Source: Eledone cirrhosa (Eukaryota). From it: 64,000 nt of DNA. The stretch lies in assembly GCA_964016885.1 (NCBI GenBank), contig OZ024762.1:30752001-30816000 (forward strand), given 5' to 3'. The notes beneath the pieces were generated by a model. It worked only from the letters and a program-made list of their open reading frames with translations. It was not told where the DNA came from and did not search any database. Made by a program: the position numbers and the translations under genes. Of this stretch, positions 24,350 through 39,000 are shown in pieces (position 1 is the first letter of the stretch; each line of letters begins with the position of its first letter).

Positions 24350-27300
24350 TAAGTCATGGTATTAGTTGTCAGAAGTAACTCCAATGTTGGTGAGAATTCA
24401 TTTAAGTTCATGGTACTAGCTGTCAGAAGTAACTCCACTGTTGGTGAGAATTCATTTAAGTTCATGGTATTAGCTGTCAGAAGTAACTCCACTGTTGGTG
24501 AGAATTCATTTAAGTCATGGTATTAGCTGTCAGAAGTAACTCCAATGTTGGTGAGAATTCATTTAAGTCATGGTACTAGCTGTCAGAAGTAACTCCAATG
24601 TTGGTGAGAATTCATTTAAAGTACATGGTATTAGCTATCAGAAGTAACTCCACTGTTGGTGAGAATTCATTTAAGTTCATGGTATTAGCTGTCAGAAGTA
24701 ACTCCACTGTTGGTGAGAATTCATTTAAGTCATGGTATTAGCTGTCAGAAGTAACTCCAATGTTGGTGAGAATTCATTTAAGTTCATGGTATTAGCTGTC
24801 AGAAGTCACTCCACTGTTGGTGAGAACTCATTTAAGTTCATGGTACTAGCTGTCAGAAGTAACACCAATGTTGGTGAGAATTCATTTAAGTTCATGGTAT
24901 TAGCTGTCAGAAGTCACTCCAATGTTGGTGAGAATTCATTTAAGTTCATGGTATTAGCTGTCAGAAGTAACTCCACTGTTGGTGAGAATTCATTTAAGTT
25001 CATGGTATTAGTTTGTCAGAAGTAACTCCACTGTTGGTGAGAATTCATTTAAGTTCATGGTATTAGCTGTCAGAAGTAACTCCACTGTTGGTGAGAATTC
25101 ATTTAAGTTCATGGTATTAGCTGTCAGAAGGAACTCCAATGTTGGTGAGAATTCATTTAAGTCATGGTACTAGCTGTCAGAAGTAACTCCACTGTTGGTG
25201 AGAATTAATTTAAGTTCATGGTATTAGCTGTCAGAAGGAACGCCACTGTTGGTGAGAATTCATTTAAGTTCATGGTATTAGCTGTCAGAAGTAACTCCAC
25301 TGTTGGTGAGAATTCATTTAAGTTCATGGTACTAGCTGTCAGAAGTAACTCCAATGTTGGTGAGAATTCATTTAAGTTCATGGTATTAGCTGTCAGAAGG
25401 AACTCCACTGTTGCTGAGAATTCATTTAAGTTCATGGTATTAGCTGTCAGAAGTAACTCCACTGTTGGTGAGAATTCATTTAAGTTCATGGTACTAGCTG
25501 TCAGAAGTAACTCCACTGTTGGTGAGAATTCATTTAAGTTCATGGTATTAGCTGTCGGAAGTCACTCCAATGTTGGTGAGAATTCATTTAAGTTCATGAT
25601 ATTAGCTGTCAGAAGTCACTCCACTGTTGGTGAGAATTCATTTAAGTTCATGGTACTAGCTGTCAGAAGTAACCCCAATGTTGGTGAGAATTCATTTAAG
25701 TTCATGGTATTAGCTGTCAGAAGTCACTCCAATGTTGGTGAGAATTCATTTAAGTTCATGGTATTAGCTGTCAGAAGTAACTCCACTGTTGGTGAGAATT
25801 CATTTAAGTTCATGGTATTAGTTTGTCAGAAGTAACTCCACTGTTGGTGAGAATTCATTTAAGTCATGGTACTAGCTGTCAGAAGTAACTCCAATGTTGG
25901 TGAGAATTCATTTAAGTCATGGTATTAGCTGTCAGAAGTAACTCCAATGTTGGTGAGAATTCATTTAAGTTCATGGTATTAGCTGTCAGAAGTAACTCCA
26001 CTGTTGGTGAGAATTCATTTAAGTTCATGGTATTAGCTGTCAGAAGTAACTCCACTGTTGGTGAGAATTCATTTAAGTTGATGGTACTAGCTGTCAGAAG
26101 TAACTCCACTGTTGGTGAGAATTCATTTAAGTTCATGGTATTAGTTTGTCAGAAGTAACTCCACTGTTGGTGAGAATTCATTTAAGTCATGGTATTAGTT
26201 GTCAGAAGTAACTCCAATGTTGGTGAGAATTCATTTAAGTTCATGGTATTAGCTGTCAGAAGGAACTCCACTGTTGGTGAGAATTCATTTAAGTTCATGG
26301 TACTAGCTGTCAGAAGTAACTCCAATGTTAGTGAGAATTCATTTAAGTTCATGGTATTAGCTGTCAGAAGTAACTCCACTGTTGGTGAGAATTCATTTAA
26401 GTCATGGTATTAGCTGTCAGAAGTAACTCCAATGTTGGTGAGAATTCATTTAAGTTCATGGTATTAGCTGTCAGAAGTAACTCCACTGTTGGTGAGCATT
26501 CATTTATGTTCATGGTATTAGCTGTCAGAAGTCACTCCACTGTTGGTGAGAATTCATTTAAGTTCATGGTACTAGCTGTCAGAAGTAACCCCAATGTTGG
26601 TGAGAATTCATTTAAGTTCATGGTATTAGCTGTCAGAAGTCACTCCAATGTTGGTGAGAATTCATTTAAGTTCATGGTATTAGCTGTCAGAAGTAACTCC
26701 ACTGTTGGTGAGAATTCATTTAAGTTCATGGTATTAGTTTGTCAGAAGTAACTCCACTGTTGGTGAGAATTCATTTAAGTCATGGTACTAGCTGTCAGAA
26801 GTAACTCCAATGTTGGTGAGAATTCATTTAAGTCATGGTATTAGTTGTCAGAAGTAACTCCAATGTTGGTGAGAATTCATTTAAGTTCATGGTACTAGCT
26901 GTCAGAAGTAACTCCACTGTTGGTGAGAATTCATTTAAGTTCATGGTATTAGCTGTCAGAAGTAACTCCACTGTTGGTGAGAATTCATTTAAGTCATGGT
27001 ATTAGCTGTCAGAAGTAACTCCAATGTTGGTGAGAATTCATTTAAGTCATGGTACTAGCTGTCAGAAGTAACTCCAATGTTGGTGAGAATTCATTTAAAG
27101 TACATGGTATTAGCTATCAGAAGTAACTCCACTGTTGGTGAGAATTCATTTAAGTTCATGGTATTAGCTGTCAGAAGTAACTCCACTGTTGGTGAGAATT
27201 CATTTAAGTCATGGTATTAGCTGTCAGAAGTAACTCCAATGTTGGTGAGAATTCATTTAAGTTCATGGTATTAGCTGTCAGAAGTCACTCCACTGTTGGT

Positions 27301-29150
27301 GAGAACTCATTTAAGTTCATGGTACTAGCTGTCAGAAGTAACACCAATGTTGGTGAGAATTCATTTAAGTTCATGGTATTAGCTGTCAGAAGTCACTCCA
27401 ATGTTGGTGAGAATTCATTTAAGTTCATGGTATTAGCTGTCAGAAGTAACTCCACTGTTGGTGAGAATTCATTTAAGTTCATGGTATTAGTTTGTCAGAA
27501 GTAACTCCACTGTTGGTGAGAATTCATTTAAGTTCATGGTATTAGCTGTCAGAAGTAACTCCACTGTTGGTGAGAATTCATTTAAGTTCATGGTATTAGC
27601 TGTCAGAAGGAACTCCAATGTTGGTGAGAATTCATTTAAGTCATGGTACTAGCTGTCAGAAGTAACTCCACTGTTGGTGAGAATTAATTTAAGTTCATGG
27701 TATTAGCTGTCAGAAGGAACGCCACTGTTGGTGAGAATTCATTTAAGTTCATGGTATTAGCTGTCAGAAGTAACTCCACTGTTGGTGAGAATTCATTTAA
27801 GTTCGTGGTACTAGCTGTCAGAAGTAACTCCAATGTTGGTGAGAATTCATTTAAGTTCATGGTATTAGCTGTCAGAAGGAACTCCACTGTTGCTGAGAAT
27901 TCATTTAAGTTCATGGTATTAGCTGTCAGAAGTAACTCCACTGTTGGTGAGAATTCATTTAAGTTCATGGTACTAGCTGTCAGAAGTAACTCCACTGTTG
28001 GTGAGAATTCATTTAAGTTCATGGTATTAGCTGTCAGAAGTCACTCCAATGTTGGTGAGAATTCATTTAAGTTCATGGTATTAGCTGTCAGAAGTCACTC
28101 CACTGTTGGTGAGAATTCATTTAAGTTCATGGTACTAGCTGTCAGAAGTAACCCCAATGTTGGTGAGAATTCATTTAAGTTCATGGTATTAGCTGTCAGA
28201 AGTCACTCCAATGTTGGTGAGAATTCATTTAAGTTCATGGTATTAGCTGTCAGAAGTAACTCCACTGTTGGTGAGAATTCATTTAAGTTCATGGTATTAG
28301 TTTGTCAGAAGTAACTCCACTGTTGGTGAGAATTCATTTAAGTCATGGTACTAGCTGTCAGAAGTAACTCCAATGTTGGTGAGAATTCATTTAAGTCATG
28401 GTATTAGCTGTCAGAAGTAACTCCAATGTTGGTGAGAATTCATTTAAGTTCATGGTATTAGCTGTCAGAAGTAACTCCACTGTTGGTGAGAATTCATTTA
28501 AGTTCATGGTATTAGCTGTCAGAAGTAACTCCACTGTTGGTGAGAATTCATTTAAGTTGATGGTACTAGCTGTCAGAAGTAACTCCACTGTTGGTGAGAA
28601 TTCATTTAAGTTCATGGTATTAGTTTGTCAGAAGTAACTCCACTGTTGGTGAGAATTCATTTAAGTCATGGTATTAGTTGTCAGAAGTAACTCCAATGTT
28701 GGTGAGAATTCATTTAAGTTCATGGTATTAGCTGTCAGAAGGAACTCCACTGTTGGTGAGAATTCATTTAAGTTCATGGTACTAGCTGTCAGAAGTAACT
28801 CCAATGTTAGTGAGAATTCATTTAAGTTCATGGTATTAGCTGTCAGAAGTAACTCCACTGTTGGTGAGAATTCATTTAAGTCATGGTATTAGCTGTCAGA
28901 AGTAACTCCAATGTTGGTGAGAATTCATTTAAGTTCATGGTATTAGCTGTCAGAAGTAACTCCACTGTTGGTGAGCATTCATTTATGTTCATGGTATTAG
29001 CTGTCAGAAGTCACTCCACTGTTGGTGAGAATTCATTTAAGTTCATGGTACTAGCTGTCAGAAGTAACCCCAATGTTGGTGAGAATTCATTTAAGTTCAT
29101 GGTATTAGCTGTCAGAAGTCACTCCAATGTTGGTGAGAATTCATTTAAGT
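24350..29150 (+). repeat. Duplication with period 2479 bp (46 monomers)
   Basis: ORF pairs 24732/27211, 25218/27697, 25919/28398, 26189/28668 and 26404/28883. Private insertion tttaaagtacatgg at ~24615 and ~27094. Confidence 0.92.
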
Positions 29151-32100
29151 CATGGTATTAGTTGTCAGAAGTAACTCCAATGTTGGTGAGAATTCATTTA
29201 AGTTCATGGTACTAGCTGTCAGAAGTAACTCCATTGTTGGTGAGAATTCATTGAAGTTCATGGTACTAGCTGTCAGAAGTAACTCCACTGTTGGTGAGAA
29301 TTCATTTAAGTTCATGGTATTAGTTTGTCAGAAGTAACTCCACTGTTGGTGAGAATTCATTTAAGTCATGGTATTAGTTGTCAGAAGTAACTCCAATGTT
29401 GGTGAGAATTCATTTAAGTTCATGGTATTAGCTGTCAGAAGGAACTCCACTGTTGGTGAGAATTCATTTAAGTTCATGGTATTAGCTGTCAGAAGGAACT
29501 CCAATGTTGGTGAGAATTCATTTAAGTCATGGTACTAGCTGTCAGAAGTAACTCCACTGTTGGTGAGAATTCATTTAAGTTCATGGTATTAGCTGTCAGA
29601 AGGAACGCCACTGTTGGTGAGAATTCATTTAAGTTCATGGTATTAGCTGTCAGAAGTAACTCCATTGTTGGTGAGAATTCATTTAAGTCATGGTACTAGC
29701 TGTCAGAAGTAACTCCACTGTTGGTTAGAATTCATTTAAGTTCATGGTATTAGTTTGTCAGAAGTAACTCCACTGTTGGTGAGAATTCATTTAAGTCATG
29801 GTATTAGTTGTCAGAAGTAACTCCAATGTTGGTGAGAATTCATTTAAGTTCATGGTACTAGCTGTCAGAAGTAACTCCATTGTTGGTGAGAATTCATTGA
29901 AGTTCATGGTACTAGCTGTCAGAAGGAACTCCACTGTTGGTGAGAATTCATTTAAGTTCATGGTATTAGCTGTCAGAAGTAACTCCACTGTTGGTGAGAA
30001 TTCATTTAAGTTCATGGTACTAGCTGTCAGAAGTAACTCCAATGTTAGTGAGAATTCATTTAAGTTCATGGTATTAGCTGTCAGAAGTAACTCCACTGTT
30101 GGTGAGAATTCATTTAAGTCATGGTATTAGCTGTCAGAAGTAACTCCAATGTTGGTGAGAATTCATTGAAGTTCATGGTATTAGCTGTCAGAAGTAACTC
30201 CACTGTTGGTGAGAATTCATTTAAGTTCATGGTACTAGCTGTCAGAAGTAACTCCAATGTTAGTGAGAATTCATTTAAGTTCATGGTATTAGCTGTCAGA
30301 AGTAACTCCACTGTTGGTGAGAATTCATTTAAGTCATGGTATTAGCTGTCAGAAGTAACTCCAATGTTGGTGAGAATTCATTTAAGTTCATGGTATTAGC
30401 TGTCAGAAGTAACTCCACTGTTGGTGAGCATTCATTTATGTTCATGGTATTAGCTGTCAGAAGTCACTCCACTGTTGGTGAGAATTCATTTAAGTTCATG
30501 GTACTAGCTGTCAGAAGTAACCCCAATGTTGGTGAGAATTCATTTAAGTTCATGGTATTAGCTGTCAGAAGTCACTCCAATGTTGGTGAGAATTCATTTA
30601 AGTTCATGGTATTAGCTGTCAGAAGTCACTCCAATGTTGGTGAGAATTCATTTAAGTTCATGGTATTAGCTGTCAGAAGTAACTCCACTGTTGGTGAGAA
30701 TTCATTTAAGTTCATGGTATTAGTTTGTCAGAAGTAACTCCACTGTTGGTGAGAATTCATTTAAGTCATGGTACTAGCTGTCAGAAGTAACTCCAATGTT
30801 GGTGAGAATTCATTTAAGTCATGGTATTAGCTGTCAGAAGTAACTCCAATGTTGGTGAGAATTCATTTAAGTTCATGGTATTAGCTGTCAGAAGTAACTC
30901 CACTGTTGGTGAGAATTCATTTAAGTTCATGGTATTAGCTGTCAGAAGTAACTCCACTGTTGGTGAGAATTCATTTAAGTTGATGGTACTAGCTGTCAGA
31001 AGTAACTCCACTGTTGGTGAGAATTCATTTAAGTTCATGGTATTAGTTTGTCAGAAGTAACTCCACTGTTGGTGAGAATTCATTTAAGTCATGGTATTAG
31101 TTGTCAGAAGTAACTCCAATGTTGGTGAGAATTCATTTAAGTTCATGGTATTAGCTGTCAGAAGGAACTCCACTGTTGGTGAGAATTCATTTAAGTTCAT
31201 GGTACTAGCTGTCAGAAGTAACTCCAATGTTAGTGAGAATTCATTTAAGTTCATGGTATTAGCTGTCAGAAGTAACTCCACTGTTGGTGAGAATTCATTT
31301 AAGTCATGGTATTAGCTGTCAGAAGTAACTCCAATGTTGGTGAGAATTCATTTAAGTTCATGGTATTAGCTGTCAGAAGTAACTCCACTGTTGGTGAGCA
31401 TTCATTTATGTTCATGGTATTAGCTGTCAGAAGTCACTCCACTGTTGGTGAGAATTCATTTAAGTTCATGGTACTAGCTGTCAGAAGTAACCCCAATGTT
31501 GGTGAGAATTCATTTAAGTTCATGGTATTAGCTGTCAGAAGTCACTCCAATGTTGGTGAGAATTCATTTAAGTCATGGTATTAGTTGTCAGAAGTAACTC
31601 CAATGTTGGTGAGAATTCATTTAAGTTCATGGTACTAGCTGTCAGAAGTAACTCCATTGTTGGTGAGAATTCATTGAAGTTCATGGTACTAGCTGTCAGA
31701 AGTAACTCCACTGTTGGTGAGAATTCATTTAAGTTCATGGTATTAGTTTGTCAGAAGTAACTCCACTGTTGGTGAGAATTCATTTAAGTCATGGTATTAG
31801 TTGTCAGAAGTAACTCCAATGTTGGTGAGAATTCATTTAAGTTCATGGTATTAGCTGTCAGAAGGAACTCCACTGTTGGTGAGAATTCATTTAAGTTCAT
31901 GGTATTAGCTGTCAGAAGGAACTCCAATGTTGGTGAGAATTCATTTAAGTCATGGTACTAGCTGTCAGAAGTAACTCCACTGTTGGTGAGAATTCATTTA
32001 AGTTCATGGTATTAGCTGTCAGAAGGAACGCCACTGTTGGTGAGAATTCATTTAAGTTCATGGTATTAGCTGTCAGAAGTAACTCCATTGTTGGTGAGAA

Positions 32101-33030
32101 TTCATTTAAGTCATGGTACTAGCTGTCAGAAGTAACTCCACTGTTGGTTAGAATTCATTTAAGTTCATGGTATTAGCTTGTCAGAAGTAACTCCACTGTT
32201 GGTGAGAATTCATTTAAGTCATGGTATTAGTTGTCAGAAGTAACTCCAATGTTGGTGAGAATTCATTTAAGTTCATGGTACTAGCTGTCAGAAGTAACTC
32301 CATTGTTGGTGAGAATTCATTGAAGTTCATGGTACTAGCTGTCAGAAGGAACTCCACTGTTGGTGAGAATTCATTTAAGTTCATGGTATTAGCTGTCAGA
32401 AGTAACTCCACTGTTGGTGAGAATTCATTTAAGTTCATGGTACTAGCTGTCAGAAGTAACTCCAATGTTAGTGAGAATTCATTTAAGTTCATGGTATTAG
32501 CTGTCAGAAGTAACTCCACTGTTGGTGAGAATTCATTTAAGTCATGGTATTAGCTGTCAGAAGTAACTCCAATGTTGGTGAGAATTCATTGAAGTTCATG
32601 GTATTAGCTGTCAGAAGTAACTCCACTGTTGGTGAGAATTCATTTAAGTTCATGGTACTAGCTGTCAGAAGTAACTCCAATGTTAGTGAGAATTCATTTA
32701 AGTTCATGGTATTAGCTGTCAGAAGTAACTCCACTGTTGGTGAGAATTCATTTAAGTCATGGTATTAGCTGTCAGAAGTAACTCCAATGTTGGTGAGAAT
32801 TCATTTAAGTTCATGGTATTAGCTGTCAGAAGTAACTCCACTGTTGGTGAGCATTCATTTATGTTCATGGTATTAGCTGTCAGAAGTCACTCCACTGTTG
32901 GTGAGAATTCATTTAAGTTCATGGTACTAGCTGTCAGAAGTAACCCCAATGTTGGTGAGAATTCATTTAAGTTCATGGTATTAGCTGTCAGAAGTCACTC
33001 CAATGTTGGTGAGAATTCATTTAAGTTCAT
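28190..33030 (+). repeat. Tandem duplication with period 2423 bp (45 monomers), overlapping the 2479-bp duplication
   Basis: ORF pairs 28398/30821, 28668/31091, 28883/31306, 29152/31575, 29798/32221, 30121/32544 and 30336/32759 are all offset by 2423. Confidence 0.92.
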
Positions 33031-36000
33031 GGTATTAGCTGTCAGAAGTAACTCCACTGTTGGTGAGAATTCATTTAAGTTCATGGTATTAGTTTGTCAG
33101 AAGTAACTCCACTGTTGGTGAGAATTCATTTAAGTCATGGTACTAGCTGTCAGAAGTAACTCCAATGTTGGTGAGAATTCATTTAAGTCATGGTATTAGT
33201 TGTCAGAAGTAACTCCAATGTTGGTGAGAATTCATTTAAGTTCATGGTACTAGCTGTCAGAAGTAACTCCATTGTTGGTGAGAATTCATTGAAGTTGATG
33301 GTACTAGCTGTCAGAAGTAACTCCACTGTTGGTGAGAATTCATTTAAGTTCATGGTATTAGTTTGTCAGAAGTAACTCCACTGTTGGTGAGAATTCATTT
33401 AAGTCATGGTATTAGTTGTCAGAAGTAACTCCAATGTTGGTGAGAATTCATTTAAGTTCATGGTATTAGCTGTCAGAAGGAACTCCACTGTTGGTGAGAA
33501 TTCATTTAAGTTCATGGTATTAGCTGTCAGAAGGAACTCCAATGTTGGTGAGAATTCATTTAAGTCATGGTACTAGCTGTCAGAAGTAACTCCACTGTTG
33601 GTGAGAATTCATTTAAGTTCATGGTATTAGCTGTCAGAAGTAACTCCACTGTTGGTGAGAATTCATTTAAGTTCATGGTACTAGCTGTCAGAAGTAACTC
33701 CAATGTTGGTGAGAATTCATTTAAGTTCATGGTATTAGCTGTCAGAAGCAACTCCACTGTTGGTGAGAATTCATTTAAGTTCATGGTATTAGCTGTCAGA
33801 AGTAACTCCACTGTTGTTGAGAATTCATTTAAGTCATGGTATTAGCTGACAGAAGTAACTCCATTGTTGGTGAGAATTCATTTAAGTCATGGTACTAGCT
33901 GTCAGAAGTAACTCCACTGTTGGTTAGAATTCATTTAAGTTCATGGTATTAGTTTGTCAGAAGTAACTCCACTGTTGGTGAGAATTCATTTAAGTCATGG
34001 TATTAGTTGTCAGAAGTAACTCCAATGTTGGTGAGAATTCATTTAAGTTCATGGTACTAGCTGTCAGAAGTAACTCCATTGTTGGTGAGAATTCATTGAA
34101 GTTCATGGTACTAGCTGTCAGAAGGAACTCCACTGTTGGTGAGAATTCATTTAAGTTCATGGTATTAGCTGTCAGAAGTAACTCCACTGTTGGTGAGAAT
34201 TCATTTAAGTTCATGGTACTAGCTGTCAGAAGTAACTCCAATGTTAGTGAGAATTCATTTAAGTTCATGGTATTAGCTGTCAGAAGTAACTCCACTGTTG
34301 GTGAGAATTCATTTAAGTTCATGGTATTAGCTGTCAGAAGTAACTCCACTGTTGGTGAGCATTCATTTATGTTCATGGTATTAGCTGTCAGAAGTAACTC
34401 CACTGTTGGTGAGAATTCATTTAAGTTCATGGTATTAGTTTGTCAGAAGTAACTCCACTGTTGGTGAGAATTCATTTAAGTCATGGTATTAGTTGTCAGA
34501 AGTAACTCCAATGTTGGTGAGAATTCATTTAAGTTCATGGTACTAGCTGTCAGAAGTAACTCCACTGTTGGTGTGAATTCATTTAAGTTCATGGTATTAG
34601 CTGTCAGAAGTAACTCCACTGTTGGTGAGAATTCATTTAAGTCATGGTATTAGCTGTCAGAAGTAACTCCATTGTTGGTGAGAATTCATTTAAGTCATGG
34701 TACTAGCTGTCAGAAGTAACTCCACTGTTGGTGAGAATTCATTTAAGTTCATGGTACTAGCTGCCAGAAGTAACTCCACTGTTGGTGAGAATTCATTTAA
34801 GTTCATGGTACTAGCTGTCAGAAGTAACTCCACTGTTTGTGAGAATTCATTTAAGTTCATGGTACTAGCTGTCATAAGTAACTCCACTGTTGGTGAGAAT
34901 TCATTTAAGTTCATGGTATTAGCTGTCAGAAGTCACTCCACTGTTGGTGAGAATTCATTTAAGTTCATGGTATTAGCTGTCAGAAGGAACTCCACTGTTG
35001 GTGAGAATTCATTTAAGTTCATGGTACTAGCTGTCAGAAGTAACCCCAATGTTGGTGAGAATTCATTTAAGTTCATGGTATTAGCTGACAGAAGTCACTC
35101 CAATGTTGGTGAGAATTCATTTAAGTTCATGGTATTAGCTGTCAGAAGTAACTCCACTGTTGGTGAGAATTCATTTAAGTTCATGGTATTAGCTGTCAGA
35201 AGTAACTCCACTGTTGGTGAGAATTCATTTAAGTTCATGGTATTAGCTGTCAGAAGTAACTCCACTGTTGGTGAGAATTCATTTAAGTTCATGGTATTAG
35301 CTGTCAGAAGGAACTCCAATGTTGGTGAGAAATCATTTAAGTCATGGTACTAGCTGTCAGAAGTAACTCCACTGTTGGTGAGAATTCATTTAAGTTCATG
35401 GTATTAGCTGTCAGAAGGAACGCCACTGTTGGTGAGAATTCATTTAAGTTCATGGTATTAGCTGTCAGAAGTAACTCCACTGTTGGTGAGAATTCATTTA
35501 AGTTCATGGTACTAGCTGTCAGAAGTAACTCCAATGTTGGTGAGAATTCATTTAAGTTCATGGTATTAGCTGTCAGAAGGAACTCCACTGTTGGTGAGTA
35601 TTCATTTAAGTTCATGGTATTAGCTGTCAGAAGTAACTCCACTGTTGGTGAAAATTCATTTAAGTTCATGGTACTAGTTGTCAGAAGTAACTCCACTGTT
35701 GGTGAGAATTCATTTAAGTTCATGGTATTAGTTGTCAGAAGTAACTCCACTGTTGGTGAGAATTCATTAAGTCATGGAATTAGTTGTCAGAAGTAACTCC
35801 AATGTTGGTGAGAATTCATTTAAGTTCATGGTACTAGCTGTCATAAGTAACTCCACTGTTGGTGAGAATTCATTTAAGTTCATGGTATTAGCTGTCAGAA
35901 GTAACTCCACTGTTGGTGATAATTCATTTAAGTCATGGTATTAGCTGTCAGAAGTAACTCCATTGTTGGTGAGAATTCATTTAAGTCATGGTACTAGCTG

Positions 36001-39000
36001 TCAGAAGTAACTCCACTGTTGGTGAGAATTCATTTAAGTTCATGGTATTAGCTGTCAGAAGGAACTCCACTGTTGGTGAGAATTCATTTAAGTTCATGGT
36101 ACTAGCTGTCAGAAGTAACTCCACTGTTGGTGAGAATTCATTTAAGTTCATGGTATTAGTTTGTCAGAAGTAACTCCACAGTTGGTGAGAATTCATTTAA
36201 GTCATGGTATTAGTTGTCAGAAGTAACTCCAATGTTGGTGAGAATTCATTTAAGTTCATGGTATTAGCTGTCAGAAGGAACTCCAATGTTGGTGAGAAAT
36301 CATTTAAGTCATGGTACTAGCTGTCAGAAGTAACTTCACTGTTGGTGAGAATTCATTTAAGTTCATGGTATTAGCTGTCAGAAGTAACTCCACTGTTGGT
36401 GAGAATTCATTTAAGTTCATGGTACTAGCTGTCAGAAGTAACTCCAATGTTGGTGAGAATTCATTTAAGTTCATGGTATTAGCTGTCAGAAGGAACTCCA
36501 CTGTTGGTGAGAATTCATTTAAGTTCATGGTATTAGCTGTCAGAAGTAACTCCACTGTTGGTGAAAATTCATTTAAGTTCATGGTACTAGTTGTCAGAAG
36601 TAACTCCACTGTTGGTGAGAATTCATTTAAGTTCATGGTATTAGTTGTCAGAAGTAACTCCACTGTTGGTGAGAATTCATTAAGTCATGGAATTAGTTGT
36701 CAGAAGTAACTCCAATGTTGGTGAGAATTCATTTAAGTTCATGGTACTAGCTGTCATAAGTAACTCCACTGTTGGTGAGAATTCATTTAAGTTCATGGTA
36801 TTAGCTGTCAGAAGTAACTCCACTGTTGGTGATAATTCATTTAAGTCATGGTATTAGCTGTCAGAAGTAACTCCATTGTTGGTGAGAATTCATTTAAGTC
36901 ATGGTACTAGCTGTCAGAAGTAACTCCACTGTTGGTGAGAATTCATTTAAGTTCATGGTATTAGCTGTCAGAAGGAACTCCACTGTTGGTGAGAATTCAT
37001 TTAAGTTCATGGTACTAGCTGTCAGAAGTAACTCCACTGTTGGTGAGAATTCATTTAAGTTCATGGTATTAGTTTGTCAGAAGTAACTCCACAGTTGGTG
37101 AGAATTCATTTAAGTCATGGTATTAGTTGTCAGAAGTAACTCCAATGTTGGTGAGAATTCATTTAAGTTCATGGTATTAGCTGTCAGAAGGAACTCCAAT
37201 GTTGGTGAGAAATCATTTAAGTCATGGTACTAGCTGTCAGAAGTAACTTCACTGTTGGTGAGAATTCATTTAAGTTCATGGTATTAGCTGTCAGAAGGAA
37301 CGCCACTGTTGGTGAGAATTCATTTAAGTTCATGGTATTAGCTGTCAGAAGTAACTCCACTGTTGGTGAGAATTCATTTAAGTTCATGGTACTAGCTGTC
37401 AGAAGTAACTCCAATGTTGGTGAGAATTCATTTAAGTTCATGGTATTAGCTGTCAGAAGGAACTCCACTGTTGGTGAGAATTCATTTAAGTTCATGGTAT
37501 TAGCTGTCAGAAGTAACTCCACTGTTGGTGAAAATTCATTTAAGTTCATGGTACTAGTTGTCAGAAGTAACTCCACTGTTGGTGAGAATTCATTTAAGTT
37601 CATGGTATTAGTTGTCAGAAGTAACTCCACTGTTGCTGAGAATTCATTAAGTCATGGTATTAGTTGTCAGAAGTAACTCCAATGTTGGTGAGAATTCATT
37701 TAAGTTCATGGTACTAGCTGTCAGAAGTAACCCCAATGTTGGTGAGAATTCATTTAAGTTCATGGTATTAGCTGTCAGAAGTCACTCCAATGTTGGTGAG
37801 AATTCATTTAAGTTCATGGTATTAGCTGTCAGAAGTAACTCCACTGTTGGTGAGAATTCATTTAAGTTCATGGTATTAGTTTGTCAGAAGTAACTCCACT
37901 GTTGGTGAGAATTCATTTAAGTCATGGTACTAGCTGTCAGAAGTAACTCCAATGTTGGTGAGAATTCATTTAAGTCATGGTATTAGTTGTCAGAAGTAAC
38001 TCCAATGTTGGTGAGAATTCATTTAAGTTCATGGTACTAGCTGTCAGAAGTAACTCCATTGTTGGTGAGAATTCATTGAAGTTCATGGTACTAGCTGTCA
38101 GAAGTAACTCCACTGTTGGTGAGAATTCATTTAAGTTCATGGTATTAGTTTGTCAGAAGTAACTCCACTGTTGGTGAGAATTCATTTAAGTCATGGTATT
38201 AGTTGTCAGAAGTAACTCCAATGTTGGTGAGAATTCATTTAAGTTCATGGTATTAGCTGTCAGAAGGAACTCCACTGTTGGTGAGAATTCATTTAAGTTC
38301 ATGGTATTAGCTGTCAGAAGGAACTCCAATGTTGGTGAGAATTCATTTAAGTCATGGTACTAGCTGTCAGAAGTAACTCCACTGTTGGTGAGAATTCATT
38401 TAAGTTCATGGTATTAGCTGTCAGAAGGAACGCCACTGTTGGTGAGAATTCATTTAAGTTCATGGTATTAGCTGTCAGAAGTAACTCCATTGTTGGTGAG
38501 AATTCATTTAAGTCATGGTACTAGCTGTCAGAAGTAACTCCACTGTTGGTTAGAATTCATTTAAGTTCATGGTATTAGTTTGTCAGAAGTAACTCCACTG
38601 TTGGTGAGAATTCATTTAAGTCATGGTATTAGTTGTCAGAAGTAACTCCAATGTTGGTGAGAATTCATTTAAGTTCATGGTACTAGCTGTCAGAAGTAAC
38701 TCCATTGTTGGTGAGAATTCATTGAAGTTCATGGTACTAGCTGTCAGAAGGAACTCCACTGTTGGTGAGAATTCATTTAAGTTCATGGTATTAGCTGTCA
38801 GAAGTAACTCCACTGTTGGTGAGAATTCATTTAAGTTCATGGTACTAGCTGTCAGAAGTAACTCCAATGTTAGTGAGAATTCATTTAAGTTCATGGTATT
38901 AGCTGTCAGAAGTAACTCCACTGTTGGTGAGAATTCATTTAAGTCATGGTATTAGCTGTCAGAAGTAACTCCAATGTTGGTGAGAATTCATTGAAGTTCA

